This document shows positions 50,492 to 58,800 of a stretch of DNA of 64,000 nucleotides, piece by piece. The stretch is from Methanofastidiosum sp. Its GTDB lineage: Archaea; Methanobacteriota_B; Thermococci; Methanofastidiosales; Methanofastidiosaceae. Position 1 is the stretch's first letter, and every line of letters begins with the position of its first letter. The notes beneath the pieces are model-generated. The model ran no database searches, had not been told where the DNA came from, and saw only the letters and a program-made list of their open reading frames with translations. The stretch covers positions 29,151 through 93,150 of the forward strand of contig DAOSDU010000006.1 of NCBI GenBank assembly GCA_035362715.1. The letters run 5' to 3'. A program made the translations under genes and the position numbers.

Positions 50492-51550
50492 GTGTACCAA
50501 ATGGAACAGTACGAATATATCTCATTTAAACTAGTTGAGAAAGTTTTAGGGAATAAATATAATGAGTTCACAAAAAATATCAAAAATATTCATTTTGATG
50601 AAATGTTTCAGTTTCTTTCAAGGCAGGGAAGTGGCAGGGCACGGACCTTATATGATTATGATTTGAGAGATGTTCTTGAATCTTGCATCAATTCTTCATT
50701 GGATCGAGAAAAAGAAAAGGAATTAAGATGGAGACTCGCCTCCTCACCATTATATAAAGTAGCTATCGAAAGATTTGTCAATGAAAATATGACTAAATGG
50801 TTTGTTGAGAATGAAATTGAATATAGTATATACTATTCTCCAAATTCCTCAGATTATGCGGTCGTACTAACTAATAATTCTTATACTAAAATAGCTGAGA
50901 TCTTAGATCTAGACTTTGAGATTAATGAGAACTATGACGGCGGATTATTACTTGTCGATTCTAAGAGTTTGAATGCCTTAGGAAATCTTGGAGATTCTTT
51001 AGTAGAGGACGAAGTAGGGCTATTTGAAGCAAAATGGAATCAAATATCATATGAACCCCCATTGCTAAAAAAAGCAAAAACTGAGCATCCAGATCCTCTA
51101 ATGGCTAAAAAACATAGTGTGTTACCTCAGATTACATTAATAGAAAATAAGAAGTATGTAACTGTTACCTGTTTTGCAGTAGGATTAAATTATTTGGCAT
51201 ATCCTTCCCCTTTTTTCACTGATCCCTTGAATACTCTCAGCAGCAAATACTTTGATATAATCTTATATATAGTAAATGTTCCAAATGGAGTTCAAGGCAA
51301 TAAATTCGACAGATTCTTTTTTAATGGTAAAGGGGGATATGATGAATCAAATCCAAATTACCCTGTTGACTGCAGAATTGGTATCAAGAATAATGGTATA
51401 TATCTAAGGTTTGAGGATATAGAAGGTAACCCTAAAAGATTTTCTCATTTTCCATCAACGCCACGATTTTATAATATTTCATTATTCAAAAATAGAGGGA
51501 TAATAGGAAAAAGAGTAAAAGTTGGAGAGGTCATAAGACCTCTTTGTTAA
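50492..51550 (+). CDS. Hypothetical protein, paralog 2
   Basis: Homologous to 48520..49677 (MEQYEYISFKL..., ELRWRLASSP..., EAKWNQISYEP...). Confidence 0.5.
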   Translation: MYQMEQYEYISFKLVEKVLGNKYNEFTKNIKNIHFDEMFQFLSRQGSGRARTLYDYDLRDVLESCINSSLDREKEKELRWRLASSPLYKVAIERFVNENMTKWFVENEIEYSIYYSPNSSDYAVVLTNNSYTKIAEILDLDFEINENYDGGLLLVDSKSLNALGNLGDSLVEDEVGLFEAKWNQISYEPPLLKKAKTEHPDPLMAKKHSVLPQITLIENKKYVTVTCFAVGLNYLAYPSPFFTDPLNTLSSKYFDIILYIVNVPNGVQGNKFDRFFFNGKGGYDESNPNYPVDCRIGIKNNGIYLRFEDIEGNPKRFSHFPSTPRFYNISLFKNRGIIGKRVKVGEVIRPLC

Positions 51551-51620
51551 TACAATAACACTTAGGACAACCTTTAAATCTTATATATTTTTAATACTGA
51601 TACCCAATAATCAAAAGGTA

Positions 51621-53702
51621 ATGCTTATGCCAGAGGATACAATCTTACATGGAGATGTTTATGCATGTCTAACTTCTCTTGAGGATAATTCAATTGCAGT
51701 TGCTATAACTTCACCACCCTATTGGGCCCAAAGAGATTATGAATTTGAGGGCCAAATTGGTTCAGAAAAGACTTCAGAGGAATATATTGGGAAGCTAGTT
51801 TCAGTTTTTAGCAAACTAAGAGAGAAACTAAGAGATGACGGTATATTTTTCTTAAATGTTGGCGACAAATATTTTAACAAGTATGGAAAGTCGAACTTAC
51901 TTTTAATACCTTATAGACTTGCTTATCACATGCAAAAAGATGGTTGGATAGTTGAAGATATTATTATGTGGTATAAACCAAATCATATGCCCTCATCTGT
52001 GAAGGACAGATTTGCAAATACTTATGAGCCTGTAATAGTTCTATCCAAGAATAAACATAATATCTATAAAAAAGAAAATAATGTTCTTAGTATTCCATTA
52101 CAGCCTTCCAAATGGAAACACACCGCAGTATTCCCAGAGAAACTAGTTGATGAATTATTAAAAAAAATTAATCTAAAAAAGGAGGATATTGTACTAGATC
52201 CTTTCGGAGGTACTGGAACTACTGCTTATGCTGTTAAAAAGTTGAGAAACAACAATCTTAATCCTTTAGAAATATATTCTATAATGATCGAAATGAGTGA
52301 AGAATTTGTCAAGATTATCCAAGAGCGGGTTGATATACAAAAAATTGTTCCAGTAAACCATATAGAATATAAATGGAAATCCCTCACAAATGACTATCCT
52401 TCTTATACTGAAATTAATGAGATAATCAACAATATTTATGGAGAAGTATTCATTGCAAATACTTCAAAAGAATTAATTGCTGCATTTAATGGCATTACAG
52501 GTGACAATTTCAAGAAATACCACCGAAAGGACGCCCTATACTTTTTTGGTGTTAAGAATTGGGATCTAGAAGCCCTGTATTATGCCAACAGGATATATGG
52601 GTATAACTATGTTTTAAGAAATATGATTATTATTTCCAATAACTTCAAATGGTATCCTATTTTTGTATTTGCTAATGATAGCACCATAGTTCCGTATAAA
52701 TTTTATATTGATAGGATAAGAGTTGATCCTTTAATGAAAAATGAATTTGACTGGGATAAAATTAAATTTATTGGAATGAAGGTCAAAAGTAGTTTTTCTA
52801 AAGAAACTAAAGAGGGAACTATTGTTGAAATACTAAAAAATTATGAAGACGGGTTCCCTAAAATAGTATGTGTTCAATGGAATGGAAAAGCTTCTATAGA
52901 ATTTGTGATACACCCAGGGGAAGACGAATTTTTAATGGAAGGTTTGAAATTCTTATGTCCTTTTTGCCATACTACTCTAAAAGAAATATTTAATCCTATT
53001 TCAAAGACAAAATGCCCAAATTGTAAAAAGGAACTATTGAATGGCAAGGACTCTATACCAACGATTATAGAGCCAGAACAAATTGAGATAGAATTAGAAA
53101 ATCTAAAATCTATATATAGCCCCATTGGAAAAATTATTGAAATAAATTCATTTGAGAATAAGAAAAAAACGTCAAGTAAATTTGCAGATGTAAAAAGGGT
53201 TAACTGGGGCGCTTCTCCAGGTGCTAGAAAAATCATGGAAGGCGACTATTTTGCTAAAATGAGATTATATAGGATGGATCAACCAACAATTGCGAAAATA
53301 CTATCGATAATACGAGAGAGTAAAGACTTTAAAATTAAGGATTTATTGGAAGTTTTTCCTGATAATTATCTCCACACAGTAGGCCATTGGTTTAGAACTG
53401 ATTTTGGAGGTTCAGTTCCGAAAAATGAAGATGCAGAGAAACTAGAAGAGGTAATAGGTAATGGAGAAAAAATATGGGAAATTTTAAAACGTACAGCATT
53501 GAAATTTCAAACTGTTAAATCATCAATAAAAGGAAAAAATCCAGGCGATTTTATTTTTGATTTATCAGATGAAGAACTAATTAATTATTTGAGACTATTG
53601 TTTATGACACCAAATGATTATATAAACTCTCTAACAAATAAAGATAATATAAATATTAAAAATCATCAATCTGACTTAGATTCTTTCATGAAAAATGAAT
53701 AG
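51621..53702 (+). CDS. DNA amino-methyltransferase (beta class, N4-cytosine or N6-adenine) with about 450-aa C-terminal extension containing Zn ribbon
   Basis: Motif IV TSPPYW near N-terminus followed by motif I VLDPFGGTGTT (beta-class order); C-terminal CPFC...CPNC. Confidence 0.8.
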   Translation: MLMPEDTILHGDVYACLTSLEDNSIAVAITSPPYWAQRDYEFEGQIGSEKTSEEYIGKLVSVFSKLREKLRDDGIFFLNVGDKYFNKYGKSNLLLIPYRLAYHMQKDGWIVEDIIMWYKPNHMPSSVKDRFANTYEPVIVLSKNKHNIYKKENNVLSIPLQPSKWKHTAVFPEKLVDELLKKINLKKEDIVLDPFGGTGTTAYAVKKLRNNNLNPLEIYSIMIEMSEEFVKIIQERVDIQKIVPVNHIEYKWKSLTNDYPSYTEINEIINNIYGEVFIANTSKELIAAFNGITGDNFKKYHRKDALYFFGVKNWDLEALYYANRIYGYNYVLRNMIIISNNFKWYPIFVFANDSTIVPYKFYIDRIRVDPLMKNEFDWDKIKFIGMKVKSSFSKETKEGTIVEILKNYEDGFPKIVCVQWNGKASIEFVIHPGEDEFLMEGLKFLCPFCHTTLKEIFNPISKTKCPNCKKELLNGKDSIPTIIEPEQIEIELENLKSIYSPIGKIIEINSFENKKKTSSKFADVKRVNWGASPGARKIMEGDYFAKMRLYRMDQPTIAKILSIIRESKDFKIKDLLEVFPDNYLHTVGHWFRTDFGGSVPKNEDAEKLEEVIGNGEKIWEILKRTALKFQTVKSSIKGKNPGDFIFDLSDEELINYLRLLFMTPNDYINSLTNKDNINIKNHQSDLDSFMKNE

Positions 53703-53736
53703 TAATCTTTTTTAAGAGTAACAATTTTTTTTATTT

Positions 53737-53934
53737 ATGTCGCAACGTTTTTGCTACGAGTACATAAAAAACAACGCTTCAAATGAAAAACCTCTAACTG
53801 CAAAGAATATATCAAAAAATTGTCCAGGACTTGGAGAAAGAGCCATTGTAAAATCCTTGAAATTATTAAGAGAAAATAAGGAAGTAAAATATATCTATAA
53901 AAATGGAACTTATTTTTATACTGGCATATATTAG
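53737..53934 (+). CDS. Small hypothetical protein (possible wHTH controller)
   Basis: 65-aa ORF at 3' end of MTase operon; LGERAIVKSLKLLRE helix-like. Confidence 0.25.
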   Translation: MSQRFCYEYIKNNASNEKPLTAKNISKNCPGLGERAIVKSLKLLRENKEVKYIYKNGTYFYTGIY

Positions 53935-53982
53935 TTAATTTTGATAATAATTTTTATAAAGGTAAAATAATAATTAGCTATT

Positions 53983-54025
53983 GTCCAGGGCGCCATTACT
54001 TTCTTTTGGCAGAACAGCCCTGGAC
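53983..54025. other. GC-rich 9-bp hairpin (GTCCAGGGC...GCCCTGGAC, 25-nt loop) in AT-rich intergenic region
   Basis: Inverted repeat read directly; second IR GCCTAGG...CCTAGGC at 54070-54106. Confidence 0.5.
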
Positions 54026-54285
54026 TATTCAACAATTAAATTTATAAATCGAAATTAAGCGGGTAGATTGCCTAGGTGGTCAAATAGTCTGTAATTCAGC
54101 CTAGGCGAAATACTATTTCTAATTATCTAACAAGCTAAATTTAAGGTAGATTCTTCTCTTATTATAATTAATATATCATATTTATGCTATTTTTAGTTAG
54201 TTTTAAATAGTATTTATTTTTAATAGCTCTGATTAAGATTTGGTAATTTGGGGGGTTTATTATAAAAGAACCCGAAGATCTTGCT

Positions 54286-54486
54286 TTGGCTGCAGTTGGG
54301 AGATTGATTAGGGGAGAGGGGATAGAGAGAGTTTCTGAAGATGCATGCATAGCTTTGGCCTTGGCACTTGAAGAATATGCAAGGCAGATAACAAGAAAGG
54401 CAAAAGACTATTCGACTCATGCTAAAAGAAAAACAATAAAACTTGATGATATTGAGCTTGCACTGAAAGATTTTAAGATTAAATAG
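54286..54486 (+). CDS. Archaeal histone (HMf-like histone fold), TTG start
   Basis: AAVGRLIRGEGIERVSEDACIALALALEEYARQITRKAKDYSTHAKRKTIKLDDIELALKDFKIK matches archaeal histone consensus. Confidence 0.8.
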   Translation: MAAVGRLIRGEGIERVSEDACIALALALEEYARQITRKAKDYSTHAKRKTIKLDDIELALKDFKIK

Positions 54487-54653
54487 ACTATATATAAAAA
54501 TAGTAATAAATTACCAGATAACCCTGTCTCTCTTTCTCTTGCACTTCTTACAAACTAAAAAAGTTCCCTCGGTCTTCTGATCATAGCAATAGCTAGCAGT
54601 CCTCTCAATCGGCCTTGCCAAAACTACCCCGCATCTAACACAATAATATTCTC

Positions 54654-55322
54654 TCATGCTTTCATAATCCATGCCACTTCATAATATTTTGGCCTAATAT
54701 CAATTGTAAATCCTGCAACTCTTGTGGTGGTGTCCCCTGCAAAAGTCCAAGACCCTGCTACAGTCTTTGTATGGCTACCGCCAGTTGTCCCAGGATTTGT
54801 TGAAGAAGTCGTTATGCCCTGAAGGAAGCGGTCAATTAGATTAGGCGTCCCGTTGTTTCCATCGCAAAGAAGCCATCCTGATGGGATGCTTGTTAATACC
54901 CCACTCCAAGCCACAATAACTCCAGGCGGTACAAACGAGGGTAATCCCGAAATAACGTTTGTAATTGAAGAGATTGAACTAGCCCCCGCAACAACTGTCG
55001 CAAGTAGCATCGCATCATCCGGCAAAGTTACGGAAGTTGAGATTGTGAGCCAGTTAGCGCCGTTGTCAGAATGCAGATAAACATAGTTTGTGCTATTTGC
55101 TGTTGCTGTCAAAGATTCTGCAGCATCTGAAACAACTTGAAACATGCCCCCGGCCGCATCCTTTACATATGCAGTTCCAGCAGAAACGCTAAGATTAAGG
55201 CCACTGTCAACTGAAACTGTAAATCCTGTCTTTTTGCCTTCAGGAAAGAAATCCCCGAAATACTGCCTGAAATCAGCCGAGGTGATTTTTGCCCCTGCCG
55301 ATACCTTTTTTGTAAATGTCAT
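54654..55322 (-). CDS. Phage tail fiber protein with tail-collar domain
   Basis: GVIVAWSGVLTSIPSGWLLCDGNNGTPNLIDRFLQG...GGSHT matches Phage_tail_collar domain. Confidence 0.75.
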   Translation of the reverse strand: MTFTKKVSAGAKITSADFRQYFGDFFPEGKKTGFTVSVDSGLNLSVSAGTAYVKDAAGGMFQVVSDAAESLTATANSTNYVYLHSDNGANWLTISTSVTLPDDAMLLATVVAGASSISSITNVISGLPSFVPPGVIVAWSGVLTSIPSGWLLCDGNNGTPNLIDRFLQGITTSSTNPGTTGGSHTKTVAGSWTFAGDTTTRVAGFTIDIRPKYYEVAWIMKA

Positions 55323-55332
55323 GAATATACCT

Positions 55333-55836
55333 TTAAAATTCTATAACGTAATAAACAGTCATTGTTTTTGTGTTGCTGAAAGTTTTTGTTGGAGAGATCA
55401 ATGAGTGAGTAAGAAGGTCTGTCTGATTGGCAGCATAAAGTCCAAGCTCCGCCCATGTGCCATAATAATCAGCTTCCGTGTAATCAAAATAATAAGTTGC
55501 CTCAGATTTATTTGAATAGGTATTGTTATGCAAGCTCCCGGGGACATAAGATTTTAATGATCCTAACTGTGTTGTTAGGGCCAGATCTGTTGCTGCAACT
55601 GCCGAGCTTCCAGTACCCACCGCTAACTTTCCTAGAACATGTTTATTTGCATCATAATCTCCTGTCAGCACATCTGCAAGTGCAGCTTTTAGTTTGTTTG
55701 TGATCAGATTCTTCTGCCATGACCCTCCAATGACCTTGTCTCTTTCAAGATCATATTCTACAATCTTGAATTTTCCAAGGTAAGGATTTTTATCCCCCCT
55801 CACTAGTTCTATTATGTCCAATCGCTCACGTCCCAT
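55333..55836 (-). CDS. Putative virion structural protein, paralog of 60787..61176
   Basis: LAVGTGSSAVAATDLALTTQLG vs ALGSGTTAEANDQTALVTEI shared pattern. Confidence 0.4.
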   Translation of the reverse strand: MGRERLDIIELVRGDKNPYLGKFKIVEYDLERDKVIGGSWQKNLITNKLKAALADVLTGDYDANKHVLGKLAVGTGSSAVAATDLALTTQLGSLKSYVPGSLHNNTYSNKSEATYYFDYTEADYYGTWAELGLYAANQTDLLTHSLISPTKTFSNTKTMTVYYVIEF

Positions 55837-58800
55837 CTCGCTTCATTGTCATCATATTCGGTCTCATAATCTGTTGCCGTCTCAAAAATATTTTCTGATA
55901 ATACGACTGCAGGTGTTTCAGTTGTCTCTTTATAATCTGTTGTCTGCTCCTGTGATTCCAGGATATTTTTGACTTTCAGCCTTCTAAGCTCGGAAAACAA
56001 GTTTGCAAATGCGGAGTAAAAGTCATCTGCAGCTGTGCATGTCAAGGTGACTGTTGAAATCTGCCGCTCTTTTATCTCGTAAGTTACCGACAGTATTGTT
56101 TGATCTTCAAGCGTTGGCATTCCAGGAAGGGAAGTAAACTCAATAACCTGGCCCGCCTTCAATCTTTTCCCGGGGGGATTTATCACGAGTCGGGATGCAT
56201 TTTTTAGCGCATATTCTATTGCCTTTTGCTGCGCCAAAGTCAATGCAGTGTCTGCCTCCTGGATGGTCAGATCTATAATTGGGATATCTGTATGGTATTC
56301 AAACATCATTGTTTCTGTTGTGGCGCTTTTTACAATCTGCACCCCATAGTAAGTCTTGAAGGCCAGCTTCCCAGTTGCTGCGGTCCATGATCCAGCAAGA
56401 GTTTTGTATTTATGGCCGCTTGTCGTTGTGTTATTATGCACAACTTTGTAAGTGTCTGTTGCCGTGCCAATAATATTGAAAACGATCCAGTTTGTTTTTG
56501 ATATGTCAAGCTGACAATCAACAAGCGTTGTTTTTACCCAGCCGCCGTCAGTGGAAATATCTTCTTGAGGGATTGATCCAAAGCCGATAATGCTTCCAGT
56601 TGGATTTCCGCCGTTATCTTCTACGATTGTGAAGATCATATCATCAAGAGGATTTCCTACCTTTTTGACATAAACGTCCAGGAACAGTATATTTGATTTT
56701 GAGGGCGTAAATGTCGAGGCATAGGATTTATCGTGCAGAGAAACTTCTGTTGTAGTTGTGGACTGGCTGAAATCCAAAAATCCCTGTTTGCCGCCGACAA
56801 CATACACCCTGTCAAAGTATTTCATTGCATCTCGCTTGATCTTAGCGCTTATGATTTCCCCACTTGATATAACGTGGTCTGCTGATAGATCCGCCGCATC
56901 GTAGAAGTTCAAATCGTCATTTTCATCAATGTAAAAGTCAGCACCCACAAGGCTAGCAACTTTATCAATTGCCTGGCCAACATACTCCCATGCAAAGGTC
57001 ATGGATGGAATTGCTTCCGCAAAAGTTTCAAGATTAGTTGTTGTTATTTCAGGGCAATACCTAGAAATAATATCTGAAACTATTTCATCGGCAGTTTTGT
57101 TGTTATAAGTTTCGGCGCCTGATATAGTTGTTTGGCCGGCCCTAATTGACCCATAGTCTTCGCCAGAAAGTATTATGCGATTGCTCCTGTACTCGTCCAG
57201 CTCAAACTCAACTGAGGTGATAAGGCCATGGAAGATCTTTGTGACCGGCGGATCATTTTCATCGACATAGAAGAATACTTCATTCCCCACCTCAAATGTT
57301 TCGGATAACGCCCCGTTATCATTGTATAAACTGATTTCAAAGTAATCCGATCTTTTTCCTTTCTCGTCAGTGAATCTTGCATATTCAATTATGTTTAAGG
57401 CTGAAAGATCTATTTCAACATCGCCAGCCTGTCCCACAATTATGGCCCAAAAAAGTGGTGTCGCTCCGGATGTTTCAGATTTTATTGATAAGGCGCCATA
57501 AGAAGAATAATTTATTGATTCAACCTCAGTGAACTGAAATGCTCCTTTGGATTCAAAAGTGAGTATCTCAATATCTGTATCAACATCCTGGATAATTATG
57601 GAACTATGAGAATCTACTTCTATTAATGAGTGATAGACGCATGCAGTTGCAACTTCCATGGTACTGGCGCCAGCTGCTTCGTTTTCCCCCACAAATGAAG
57701 TATTCAATTGAATATCCATTTGCGCATCACTTGTTATTGCTTCACTGATGATATATGAGGTGATGCCGTTGAATGTAAGATCCCCTATCCCGATAATGTT
57801 TAGTGTTTTTTTGAAATCTGTTTTTATCTCTGCTGTGATTGATCCCATGCCGGCAATCTCTATCAGGTCAGTGTCTGAATCGATGTCCTGGAGCAAAAGA
57901 GATCCATTTGCAGCATATGTAGCGCTTATTATGTAATCTGTGTTTGCGGCTAACTCTAGGGAACCGGCACCGAGCATTATAATATCGGGAGGGGTCCATA
58001 AAGTATAAACAATTATTTTAGCTTTTGAGATATAATCTATTAGCTCAAGATCCTGGATCTGGATTAATCCATGGCCAGAGAAAAGGATTAGTTCGATATC
58101 ATAATCAATGTCCTGAATTGTAACTGAGGAAGCTGCACTCAATAAAGCGCTATAAGTATAATCTGTTGTCGTGATTATCTCTACTGCAGCTTGAGAAGAA
58201 ACTTCAAGAAGATCATACTTATTCATATGCCCTGTTAAGGTGACAAAGGACAATCCTGTCGTGATTATATTAGAAAAATAATTCCCGATTGCAGATAGTT
58301 CAACTGAAGATGCCGCATTCAAAAAGGCGCTATAAGTATAATCTGTTGTCCGGCTTATTTCAACTGACCCGGCACCGATAAAAGTGATAAGTTCAATATC
58401 AGTGTCTATATCATTTGTGACTATTGAAGCGGTGCTTGTGTAATTGATACCATAAATATAATCCGTGACTGTTGTAATTTCAATTGCTGCATTGCTTTGG
58501 TATTCTACCACTGCCGTGGACCCCGAATAATCCCATACTCCAAATGCACCGGCACTGGTAAATGTGATCAGTTCAATATCAGTCTCTACGTCATAAGCGA
58601 CTATTGAAGCAATGCTTGTGTAGTTTACGAGAGATGAGTAATTTGTGGCTGCTGCGATTTGTATTTCACTTTGGGCCCCAAATGATATTATCTCAAGATC
58701 AATGTCAATATCTTGTATTGTAACTGATCCAGCGCCGCCAAATGCGACTTCAACTACTTTCCCTAAGATTGCGCCTATTTCAAAAGTTGCTGCGCCGGTG

